From: an uncultured Asticcacaulis sp.
GTDB lineage: Bacteria > Pseudomonadota > Alphaproteobacteria > Caulobacterales > Caulobacteraceae
Assembly (NCBI GenBank): GCA_965650705.1
Contig: CBFGPQ010000002.1
Location: forward strand, 10,823-74,822
Length of the DNA: 64,000 bases
Reading direction: 5' to 3'
Numbering within the stretch: position 1 is the stretch's first letter; each line of letters starts with the position of its first letter. The notes under the pieces are model-generated. The model saw nothing but the letters and a program-made list of their open reading frames with translations, did not search any database and was not told the origin of the DNA. Position numbers and translations under genes: made by a program. Below are positions 10,690-19,453 of the stretch, one piece after another.

Positions 10690-10718
10690 CTTGACAACGG
10701 ACGTGGCAAAAACCATCT
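10690..10718 (+). promoter_or_regulatory. Putative sigma32 (RpoH) promoter of htpG
   Basis: CTTG-N18-ACCATCT resembles the alphaproteobacterial RpoH consensus, ~30 bp before the htpG start. Confidence 0.55.
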
Positions 10719-10747
10719 CACCGCCGTTTTCCATCAAGAGGATGACC

Positions 10748-12640
10748 ATGACGACGACAACGCTAGATGAGAAGCCCGTGGAACAGCATGCGTTCGAGGC
10801 GGATGTCAGCCGCCTTTTGCACATGATGGTGCACTCGGTCTATTCGGACAAGGACGTGTTCCTGCGCGAGCTGATTTCCAACGCGGCGGATGCCTGCGAG
10901 AAGCTGCGCTACGAGTCCATTTCGCATCCGGAGCTGGCGCCCGATGGCGTCCAGTCGCGCATTCTGGTCCGTCTCGACGAAGACAAGCGCACCCTGGTCG
11001 TCGAGGACAACGGGATCGGCATGAGCCGGGACGAAATGGTCGATGCTTTGGGTACCATTGCCCGGTCGGGCACCCGCGCCTTCATGGAACGACTCGAGGC
11101 CGCCAAGGGTGGTGAAAAGGCCGAACTGATCGGCCAGTTCGGCGTTGGATTCTACTCCGCCTTCATGGTCGCCGATCGCGTCGATGTCGTCTCCCGCCGT
11201 GCCGCCCAAAGCGAGGCGTGGACCTGGTCTTCGGACGGCCAGGGGACTTACAGCATCGCACCAGCCGAACCGGCCCAGGCGCCCGTACGTGGCACGCGCG
11301 TCGTCCTGCATCTGAACGAAGACGCGAAAACCTACACCAGCAAATGGACGGTCGAGCGGATCATTCGTGAACAGTCCGGCCATGTGCCGGTTCCCATCGA
11401 CCTGGTCGAGAAGGAAGGGGCCGAAGCCACGCAGGTCACGGACGGCGCCGCCCTCTGGACCAAGCCAAAGTCGGAAATCTCCAAGGACGAATACACCGAC
11501 TTCTATCGCCATGTGTCGGGTCAATACGACGAACCCTTGCTCAATGTCCATTTTCGTGCCGAGGGTCTGCATGAGTATACGGCTCTGGCCTTTGTCCCAG
11601 GGTCCCAGCCCTTCGATCTTTTCGATCCCGAGCGCCATGGGCGCATGAAGCTCTACGTCCGGCGCGTCTTTATCACGGACGAAGCCGAACTGTTGCCGCG
11701 CTACCTGCGCTTCGTCCGGGGGATCGTCGACACGGCCGACCTTCCGCTCAACATTTCGCGGGAAATGATCCAGGAAAGTCCGGTCCTGTCGGCGATCCGC
11801 AAGGGCGTCACCGGCCGGATCCTGACTGCGCTCGAGAAGCTGCCCGAAAGCGACGGTGAGGCCTCTCGCAAGGTCTGGGACCTGTTCGGACCTATCCTTA
11901 AGGAAGGTATTTATGAGGACTTCGAGCGCCGTACTCAGCTGCTGAAACTGGCGCGGTTCCGGACGACGGCGTCGGACGACGCTACGCGCAGCCTCGATGA
12001 CTATATCAAGGCCATGAAGGACGGCCAGAACGATATCTACTACATCACCGGACCAAGCCTCGAGCAACTGAAGGCCTCGCCGCAACTCGAGGGGTTCCGG
12101 TCCAAGGGTATCGAGGTCCTGTTGCTGACCGATCCCGTCGACAGTTTCTGGACGTCGAATGTCGATGCCTACGAAGGCAAGACGTTCAAGTCGGTGACGC
12201 AAGGGCTTTCGGATCTCGACAAGGTCGGGGGCGCCGACAATGCAGAGACGCCGAAGCCCGAGCTTTCGGCCGACATCTCCGCCCTGATTGATTTCATGAA
12301 GGAAACCCTGAAAGACCAGATATCCGACGTCCGCAGCTCGACCCGCCTGACGGAAAGCGCCGTTTGCCTGGTCGCGTCCGATCATGGCCCGGACCGCCAG
12401 CTCGAGAAAATCCTGCAGGGCGCGGGGCGGCTGAAGACGGCGTCGAAACCCATCCTGGAAATCAATGCGGAAAGCCCGCTTGTCGGCATGGTGTCGAAGC
12501 TCGCGGATGCCTCTGCCCGCGAGGACGCGGCCTGGCTGTTGCTCGACGAGGCGCTGGTCCTGGACGGCGATCGCCCCACCAACCCGCGCGCTTTCGCCGA
12601 ACGCCTGGCGCGCCTGTTCGCGAAAGCCTACCAGGCTTGA
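10748..12640 (+). CDS. htpG: Hsp90 chaperone HtpG
   Basis: YSDKDVFLRELISNAADA, DNGIGM, GTIARSGT, IGQFGVGFYS, LPLNISRE; AAGAGG RBS. Confidence 0.97.
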   Translation: MTTTTLDEKPVEQHAFEADVSRLLHMMVHSVYSDKDVFLRELISNAADACEKLRYESISHPELAPDGVQSRILVRLDEDKRTLVVEDNGIGMSRDEMVDALGTIARSGTRAFMERLEAAKGGEKAELIGQFGVGFYSAFMVADRVDVVSRRAAQSEAWTWSSDGQGTYSIAPAEPAQAPVRGTRVVLHLNEDAKTYTSKWTVERIIREQSGHVPVPIDLVEKEGAEATQVTDGAALWTKPKSEISKDEYTDFYRHVSGQYDEPLLNVHFRAEGLHEYTALAFVPGSQPFDLFDPERHGRMKLYVRRVFITDEAELLPRYLRFVRGIVDTADLPLNISREMIQESPVLSAIRKGVTGRILTALEKLPESDGEASRKVWDLFGPILKEGIYEDFERRTQLLKLARFRTTASDDATRSLDDYIKAMKDGQNDIYYITGPSLEQLKASPQLEGFRSKGIEVLLLTDPVDSFWTSNVDAYEGKTFKSVTQGLSDLDKVGGADNAETPKPELSADISALIDFMKETLKDQISDVRSSTRLTESAVCLVASDHGPDRQLEKILQGAGRLKTASKPILEINAESPLVGMVSKLADASAREDAAWLLLDEALVLDGDRPTNPRAFAERLARLFAKAYQA

Positions 12641-12688
12641 TGTGCACAAGGGCCGGTCACGTGTGGCGGCCGGCCCGAATGCCCGCCC

Positions 12689-13621
12689 TCAGCCTGTCCC
12701 GCCGATGCGATAGACGCGGATGCCCTTTGCGCGCGCCTTGTCGGCGAGGTTTTCCTGGATCCCGGTGCCGCCGCTGACCACGATGACACCGATAGGCAGG
12801 ACGTCGAGCATTTCGTCGTTGCGCTTGAACGGCGCGGCCTTGCCGTGCCGCGTCCAGTCCGGCTTGAAGGCAATCTGCGAGACCTTACGCGCACCCGCCC
12901 ATCTGGAAGCGATTAGCTCGGCGCCCTTGGGTGCGCCGCCGTGGACCAGAACCATCTCGGGCTGCTGCTCAAGAACACGGTCGAGCTTCGCCCAGATCAG
13001 GTGATGGTCCTGGCAATCGAGCCCGCCGGTAAAAACCACCTTGGGACCGGCTGGCACGAGGACCTCGGTCGAGGCCTTGCGTTTGGCCGCCAGAAAATCC
13101 CGGCTCTCGACCATGGCCGAGGTCTGGGTCTTGTGATTGACCTGGGAGCCGTACTTCGGGCGCCAGGGCGTGCGCATGTAGGCTTGATAAAGGTCGCAGG
13201 CCTGGTCACGCATGGCTTCCAGGGTGTCGCGACGGTCGATGAGCCCCCTGCCCGCAACGATCAGCCGCTCCAGTTCGACCGCGCGCACCTCGGAGCCGTC
13301 CTGGCTGTTCTGGCCATTGCGCTGCGCCACCTCATTGCTGTCAAGCTCGCGATTGAGGCGGTCGGCCGCGCGGTGGAAGAGGTTGACCGCGCCCCACAGC
13401 AGGTCCTCGAGGTCCGGCTCCATAGCCGTGTCGTCGAAGGTTCCGACAAGGGCATCCATGATTTCCATGACGGCACCTTGGACCTGGACGTCATCCGGCA
13501 AGGGGCGTGGGTCGGGTTCGTCGTATGATGGGCGATAGCCATAGAGCTCCAACTGCGTCAGGTAATGGTCGGTGGCACTGCCCTGGTGGGCGGGCTCGCA
13601 CTCGGCGTCGTGATCAAACAT
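12689..13621 (-). CDS. DUF2493 / SLOG-family protein
   Basis: C-terminal VVFTGG, VLVHGGAPKGAE, AAPFKRN, GTG motifs; GAGG RBS before ATG 13621. Confidence 0.75.
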   Translation of the reverse strand: MFDHDAECEPAHQGSATDHYLTQLELYGYRPSYDEPDPRPLPDDVQVQGAVMEIMDALVGTFDDTAMEPDLEDLLWGAVNLFHRAADRLNRELDSNEVAQRNGQNSQDGSEVRAVELERLIVAGRGLIDRRDTLEAMRDQACDLYQAYMRTPWRPKYGSQVNHKTQTSAMVESRDFLAAKRKASTEVLVPAGPKVVFTGGLDCQDHHLIWAKLDRVLEQQPEMVLVHGGAPKGAELIASRWAGARKVSQIAFKPDWTRHGKAAPFKRNDEMLDVLPIGVIVVSGGTGIQENLADKARAKGIRVYRIGGTG

Positions 13622-13641
13622 GGGTCTGTTCCTCATCCAAT

Positions 13642-13806
13642 GGACCGCGCCTTCGCGGCCTTCACGGCGACCGGAAAACCCGCGCCGGAGCAGCCGGAAC
13701 CGGGCCGAAGGCCCGGCCGTAACGTCAGTGGAGGATGCCTTCAGGCATTGCAGGCTGATCGGACGCGGGTTCCTGTCGCCCGCTTTAAGAAGGCCGTGGC
13801 GCGGCC
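13642..13806. promoter_or_regulatory. Long imperfect hairpin upstream of the DUF2493 gene (Frpo/ssi-like)
   Basis: Nested arms CCGCGCC/GGCGCGG, CGGCCTTC/GAAGGCCG, GGCGA/TCGCC, AACCCGCG/CGCGGGTT, CAGCC/GGCTG, plus two inner hairpins. Confidence 0.65.
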
Positions 13807-13854
13807 AAGGGGCGTGAATAAGCCACACGTGGCACGCCAGGTTTGGGCGGGCCT

Positions 13855-14901
13855 TCAGCCGGCGGTCATAAACCGCTCGACCAGAGCAGGCGGCACTTGC
13901 TGGCGCACACGGTGGATCATCCGGCCTCTGCCCAACCGCGTCAGGTCTGTGTTGAGGTCATCGCATTCGGGCTCGATCAGGTGCACGTCGATCCCGGCTG
14001 CCCGGCCGCGCGTGAAAAGTGCGTCCGCGGCCGCATCTCCGGCGTGGTCGTTGTCGCGAATGACCAGGAGTGTGCGTAAGCTCAACGGAAATGCCAGGGC
14101 GGACAGATGGCCGGAACCCGTCGCGGCGGCGAGCGGCACGCCCGGCATGGCGGCGCGTAGCGAAAGGGTCGTCTCGATCCCCTCGCCGACCGCCAGAACA
14201 TCCGATGCCACTCCGAAACGAACTCCATTGCCAAGAATATACCCCTTGGCGCGGCGCGGCGGATCGACATCGGCCTTGCCGGCGCCGTCACGGGCAAGAA
14301 AGGTGCGCGACACACCCGTCAGCGCGCCATCCAGGTCGGTGACCGCGGCAACGAGCGTAGGCAGCAAGATGGGCCTGCCATCGTCACCCGTCGAATGAAA
14401 GCCACGGGGATGAAAGCGCAAGGCCCCGAAATCCGTCTGCGGTTCGATCCCCCTCCTCCGCAGATAAACCTCAGCTACGGAACCCATAAGTGCCCGGCTG
14501 GAAGTAAATAGCCGGCTGGCATAGTCGCGGCCTGCGGCGGCAGTACTCTTGGCGAAGTGTCTGACGTCCTTAACCCGCGGACAAGGGTCGGGCAGGCTCA
14601 GGAACCGACACGCTTCGGCCATGACATCGCGAAACTCCGTAAGGCCGCGGGCATGGCGGATGAGGTCAAGGAGGTTGCCGTGATCGCCGGTGGCCGCGTC
14701 GCTCCATTTCCCGGCGGCGCCCTTGCCCGCGAGAGGGCCCCGCAGACGAACGTACATCGACCGGCCCGGAGCCCCTGTGGCGTCACCGACCATCCAGTAG
14801 TTTCCGGCCTTTTGGCCCTTCGGCAAATAGGTCCGGCAGACCGCCTCCGCGCGGCCTGCCAGTTGTTCGGCGACGTCCTGTGCGTCCGGATACCGGCTCA
14901 T
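13855..14901 (-). CDS. Toprim-domain primase-like protein
   Basis: N-terminal GKWSDAATGDHGNLLDLI, YLRRRGI, toprim GEGIET and DND.AG. Confidence 0.78.
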   Translation of the reverse strand: MSRYPDAQDVAEQLAGRAEAVCRTYLPKGQKAGNYWMVGDATGAPGRSMYVRLRGPLAGKGAAGKWSDAATGDHGNLLDLIRHARGLTEFRDVMAEACRFLSLPDPCPRVKDVRHFAKSTAAAGRDYASRLFTSSRALMGSVAEVYLRRRGIEPQTDFGALRFHPRGFHSTGDDGRPILLPTLVAAVTDLDGALTGVSRTFLARDGAGKADVDPPRRAKGYILGNGVRFGVASDVLAVGEGIETTLSLRAAMPGVPLAAATGSGHLSALAFPLSLRTLLVIRDNDHAGDAAADALFTRGRAAGIDVHLIEPECDDLNTDLTRLGRGRMIHRVRQQVPPALVERFMTAG

Positions 14902-17900
14902 GCGGCGTCCCGTTCGCTAACGCCCGCGATCGGATAGGCCTCGAGCACTTTGGCAAGCACGCCGATCCCTTCGGCCGATGTCGGCACGAACATGCGCAGC
15001 TTCCAGCTAATGATCTCGGAAAAGAGGCCGTAAGCTTTCAGCCGGTCCCGCATGCCGTCGCCAAACCCCGAAAGCTCGATGCGATTGACACCCATCACCC
15101 GCACACGGCGCAACTGAAGCCCTTCCGCGAGTGAGAGGACTGTTCGGCCGTCCAGGAGTGCCGCGTGCGCATCCGCGGGTTCGAGGCAAACGCCGCCGAC
15201 GGCGCTTGCGGTTGCAACCCAGGCCGGCGACACCCAGCGTCCGACGATGCGCTCGCCGGCATTGGTCTGCAAGCGATAAACGCGAGCCGATTCCGAGGGC
15301 AAACGGTTCCAGACCGGCAGCAGGAGGCCGGAAACGAGGTGGATCGTATCGTCGCTATAGTCGGGTATGGCGGTCACTTCTGCGTCCCAGGCCTCGATGA
15401 AGGCAGTGCGATCGACTTCGCGCCAGACACTATCCTCCATCGACCGCAGCGATGTAAAGCGTTCATGTTTTGGTCCAATCAACACCACACGCTCCTCGAT
15501 GCACCCATCGTCCAGCATTGCGCCACGGACACGGTGCTGAAGGCACGCATGGCCTGTTTTCGCGCTGATGAGGAAGGTGCCCGCGCGACTGTCGGCCCTT
15601 TCGAGGACGTCGGCGACAGACAAAACCTCTGTCCGTTGCCGCCGGCGGATACTGATCAGCGTCGTCTCGGCGCCCGTCGCCGCGTGCTGGTGGATGACGC
15701 GCCGGTCGGTAACCTCGAAGCTGATCGCCTGCAGGGTTTCCAGCCCGATCTCGTAGGCGCCGGCGTTGATTGCACCCTCTATGCGCGCCGCCAGCAGGTC
15801 CTCGAACGCCGTGAACAGGATCTCTTGCATGGAAATGGTCAGGGCCAGGAGCCGGTTGAGAAAGGTATTGATGGGCGGCAGGTCGTCGCGCAGTCCAGTC
15901 TCGTCCATCAGCCTGAGACCGGTGCTTTCCTCGAACTTTTGCAGGGAGCAGCCCTCGACCTTGCCCTGGCAGATCAAGCGATAGAGCTGGCGCAGGGCAT
16001 CGCGGCCGTAGACGCTTTCGAGATTGTCCTCGGCGCGGAACAGGCCCTGTCCGCCGGTCTGGCGCTGACCGCGCGTCAAGGCGCCCAGACTGTCCAGGCG
16101 GCGGGCAATGGTGGCAAGGAAGCGACGCTCGGCTTTGACATTGGTGGCAACGGGCCGGAACAATGGCGGCTGGGCCTGGTTGGTCCGGTTGGTGCGGCCC
16201 AGCCCCTGCACGGCGGCATCCGCTTTCCAGCCGAACTCCAGAAGGTAATGCACGCGCAGGCGCCGGTTTTTCGCCGACAGCTCCGCGTGATAGCTGCGGC
16301 CGGTGCCGCCGGCTTCCGAAAAGATCAGGATGGGCTTTCGGTCATCCATGAAAGCTTGTGTCTCGGCCAGGTTGGCCGCGCCCGGCCTGTTCTCGACGAC
16401 GAAACGGTCGTCTTTTCGGACGATGCGGCGTGACCGGCCGGTGACCTCGGCCACCTTGTCGATGCCAAAGTGCTGGACGATCTGATCGAGCGCGCCAGGA
16501 ACGGCGGCAAGGCTCGCCAGGTGCTCGATCAGCCGGTCGCGCCGCGCGACGGCCTCCCGGCACTGCACAGGCTGGCCGTCCGCATAGACCGCACGCGACA
16601 ACACCTTGCCGTCGTCAGTCGAGTAAGGTTCGTAAAGCTGGACCGGAAACGAATGGCGAAGGTAATCGAGGACGTATTCCCGTGGGGTGATGTCGATCCG
16701 GACGTCGTTCCATTCCGAGGTCGGGATGTCCGACAGACGGCGCTCGGTCAAGGCCTCCCCGGTCGACACGATCTGGATCACGGCGGCATGACCGTCATCG
16801 AGGTTTTGCTGAATGGCGCGCAAAAGGCTCGGCGTCTTCATGCTCGTCAACAGATGGCTGAAGAAGCGCTGCTTCGTACTTTCGAACGCACTCCTGGCGG
16901 CCGATCTGGCCTGGCGGTTCATCGTGCCGCTGTCGCCTGTGACGTTGGCCGCCTTCATGGCGCTGTCGAGATTGTTGTGAATGACCGCGAACGCTTCGGC
17001 ATAGGCATCGTAGATGCGCACCTGCTCTGGCGTCAGCGCGTGCACCAGCATGTCGTATTCTACGCCGTCGAGCGACAACGAGCGCGCAGTGTAGAGGCCC
17101 ATCGCGCGAAGGTCCCGCGCCAGAACCTCCATGGCCGCGACGCCGCCGTTTTCGATGGCTGCGATAAAGTCCGCGCGGCTGGCGAACGGGAAGTCCTTGC
17201 CGCCCCACAGGCCAAGACGCTGCGCGTAGGCCAGGTTATGGACATTGGTGGCGCCGGTCGCCGAAACATAGACGACACGCGCGTCCGGCAGGGCGTGCTG
17301 GAGGCGAAGCCCCGCCCTGCCCTGCTGTGACGCCTCCTGCTCGCCCCACTCGGATGATCCACCGGAGGCGTTTTGCATCGCATGGGCTTCATCGAAGATG
17401 ATGACGCCGTCGAAATCGCGGCCGAGCCAGTCGACGATCTGCTGGATGCGGGACTTTTTCGTGTCGCGCTCCTCCGAGCGGAGCGTGGCATAGGTCGTGA
17501 ACAGGACGGCCTCATCGAGCGGAATGGTGGCGCCCGGCTTGAAACGCGATAGCGGCGTGACTTCCAGGCGTTCGCGCCCGAGCGCGGACCAGTCGCGTTG
17601 GGCGTCTTCCAGCAACTTGTCGGACTTGGAGATCCATAACGCCCGGCGCCGGCCCTTCAGCCAGTTGTCGAGGATGATGGCCGCCGACTGGCGCCCCTTC
17701 CCGGCGCCGGTCCCATCGCCCAGAAACCAGCCGCGGCGGAACTGGAACGCGCCCTCGCCGCCTTCGGTCGCCGCCGCGACCACATCGAAGGTGTTATCTA
17801 CCGTCCACCAGCCAGCCAAATGGCCTGAATGCGCCTCACCCGCATAAATCACGGATTCCAATTGCGCGTCGGAAAGCAGACCCGCCTCGACCGCGCCGGC

Positions 17901-19229
17901 CGGGAGATGCGGGCGATAGCTCGGCCGGGGCGGAGCGACCGAGGCCATGGCCGCGGACTGGACCAGTTGCGTTGGATGCGCCTTGGCGCCCGGGATCAAG
18001 AGGCTCTGCAGGGAATAGGGCTCATAAATCGCGTCAGAAAGCCTTGTGGTGGCCTCCGGTGGCCGTTCGGCCCACGTGTAGCCCAATTCGACGCCCGTGG
18101 CCTCTGGGGCCTCCGCACGGGCCCTGGCCGTGGGGGACCGTTGTGCCGTCGCCCTGACACTGTACAGACTTGGGCGCATCGGTGCCCCCAGCCCCATATT
18201 CGCGAAAGGCAGGCGCGGCGGCACGTGTGTCACGACCCAGTCCATCAGCGTCTCGACATTTGGGGCGACACCGAAGGACGGCAACACATCGCCCTGAGTA
18301 TCAGCGGTTAGTTTGTCGATGACGGTCAGGCGCGTTTCGACGGTCGTTCCATGTTTGGCGTAGACCTGACCGTTGATGGCTGCGGAGAACACCACCCGGC
18401 CCTGCGCCTGAAGATCGCTAAAGGCCTCGCGCCAATCAGGAGCATCCGGCGACAGGCAAGCGCCGGTAATGGCGACCAGACGGCCGCCGGGCAGGAGGCG
18501 GTTCAGAGCCGAACGCATATGCTTCAGAGCCGCGCCCGGCACGGCCCCGGAAACACCTCTGAGTACGGAGAATGGCGGGTTCATCAGGATGACGGACGGC
18601 ACGATCCCTTCGGGCAAGTAATCATCGATCTGCGCGGCGTCGAACCGGCTGCGCCGGAACTGCGGAAACAGCCGGTCCAGAACGTCTGCGCGGCCCGGCT
18701 CCAATTCATTCAATGCGACGCTGGCCCCCATCATTTCGGCGAGGATCGCCAGCATGCCCGTGCCGGCTGAAGGCTCGAGCACGGTGTCCGTTATCCCGAT
18801 CATTGCCGCGGATGCGGCGACCCAGCCGAGCGGCAGGGGTGTCGAGAACTGCTGAAACGCCTGGCTGTCCAGGGAACGCCGGGTATGGGTTGGCAGAAGG
18901 GCTGCGATCCTGTGCAGGGTAGGAAGGAGCGCCGGCGCCTGTGGCCCTTTACGCTTCAGGGCCGATCCGTACTTGCGGATGACAAGCACGCTGGCGATCT
19001 CGCAGGCATCGTAAGCGGCTTTCCAATCCCATGCCCCTTCGCTGTCGTTGCCCTGGAAAGCGTCCATCATGGCCGTCCGGAGCACGGCCGCGCTTATGGG
19101 GGCACCCGCCTCCATGGTGGGCAGCAAAGCCGTGGCGGCATCGATCAAGGCCGCAGCCGCGGCCTGGCGTGTCGTGGTATCTGTGGATGTGGCAACGGCC
19201 CGGTTGGCGGTTGAAGCAAGTGCGGTCAT
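14898..19229 (-). CDS. Methyltransferase + strawberry-notch-like SF2 helicase fusion
   Basis: N6-MTase motifs LEPSAGTG and NPPF; GDGTGAGKG Walker A, DEAH, SATGA, QGLGRTNR. Confidence 0.88.
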   Translation of the reverse strand: MTALASTANRAVATSTDTTTRQAAAAALIDAATALLPTMEAGAPISAAVLRTAMMDAFQGNDSEGAWDWKAAYDACEIASVLVIRKYGSALKRKGPQAPALLPTLHRIAALLPTHTRRSLDSQAFQQFSTPLPLGWVAASAAMIGITDTVLEPSAGTGMLAILAEMMGASVALNELEPGRADVLDRLFPQFRRSRFDAAQIDDYLPEGIVPSVILMNPPFSVLRGVSGAVPGAALKHMRSALNRLLPGGRLVAITGACLSPDAPDWREAFSDLQAQGRVVFSAAINGQVYAKHGTTVETRLTVIDKLTADTQGDVLPSFGVAPNVETLMDWVVTHVPPRLPFANMGLGAPMRPSLYSVRATAQRSPTARARAEAPEATGVELGYTWAERPPEATTRLSDAIYEPYSLQSLLIPGAKAHPTQLVQSAAMASVAPPRPSYRPHLPAGAVEAGLLSDAQLESVIYAGEAHSGHLAGWWTVDNTFDVVAAATEGGEGAFQFRRGWFLGDGTGAGKGRQSAAIILDNWLKGRRRALWISKSDKLLEDAQRDWSALGRERLEVTPLSRFKPGATIPLDEAVLFTTYATLRSEERDTKKSRIQQIVDWLGRDFDGVIIFDEAHAMQNASGGSSEWGEQEASQQGRAGLRLQHALPDARVVYVSATGATNVHNLAYAQRLGLWGGKDFPFASRADFIAAIENGGVAAMEVLARDLRAMGLYTARSLSLDGVEYDMLVHALTPEQVRIYDAYAEAFAVIHNNLDSAMKAANVTGDSGTMNRQARSAARSAFESTKQRFFSHLLTSMKTPSLLRAIQQNLDDGHAAVIQIVSTGEALTERRLSDIPTSEWNDVRIDITPREYVLDYLRHSFPVQLYEPYSTDDGKVLSRAVYADGQPVQCREAVARRDRLIEHLASLAAVPGALDQIVQHFGIDKVAEVTGRSRRIVRKDDRFVVENRPGAANLAETQAFMDDRKPILIFSEAGGTGRSYHAELSAKNRRLRVHYLLEFGWKADAAVQGLGRTNRTNQAQPPLFRPVATNVKAERRFLATIARRLDSLGALTRGQRQTGGQGLFRAEDNLESVYGRDALRQLYRLICQGKVEGCSLQKFEESTGLRLMDETGLRDDLPPINTFLNRLLALTISMQEILFTAFEDLLAARIEGAINAGAYEIGLETLQAISFEVTDRRVIHQHAATGAETTLISIRRRQRTEVLSVADVLERADSRAGTFLISAKTGHACLQHRVRGAMLDDGCIEERVVLIGPKHERFTSLRSMEDSVWREVDRTAFIEAWDAEVTAIPDYSDDTIHLVSGLLLPVWNRLPSESARVYRLQTNAGERIVGRWVSPAWVATASAVGGVCLEPADAHAALLDGRTVLSLAEGLQLRRVRVMGVNRIELSGFGDGMRDRLKAYGLFSEIISWKLRMFVPTSAEGIGVLAKVLEAYPIAGVSERDAA

Positions 19230-19269
19230 AGGGAGTATCCTTCGTGATTGCAAAAGGCACGAGCCGCGT

Positions 19270-19320
19270 CCTCTCTTTCGGACCGCGAACTCGCCCTCCC
19301 CCACGCCCCCTCTTCCTCTC
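19270..19320 (-). promoter_or_regulatory. Bipartite motif copy 1 (GAGAGGAAGAGGGGGC-N24-CGAAAGAGAGG)
   Basis: 16-mer and 11-mer identical to the copy at 21601-21653. Confidence 0.6.
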
Positions 19321-19333
19321 AGCGACCGTAACG

Positions 19334-19366
19334 AAAAAAGGCGCCCCGCCTGCCGGAGGAGCGCCT
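19334..19366 (-). terminator. Intrinsic terminator after the ParB-like gene
   Basis: Minus strand AGGCGC...GCGCCT stem running into a T6 tract. Confidence 0.6.
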
Positions 19367-19453
19367 GAAGGGAAATGCCCGTTTGTCAGGATATCAACGC
19401 CCTGCGCCAACCTGCCGAGTAGATGGCCGGTCACTTCGGACGGGCGCTTGACC

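Noticed and set aside
10763-12649. 628-aa antisense ORF over htpG
   Set aside because: Mirror frame of a GC-biased conserved gene with no recognisable motifs
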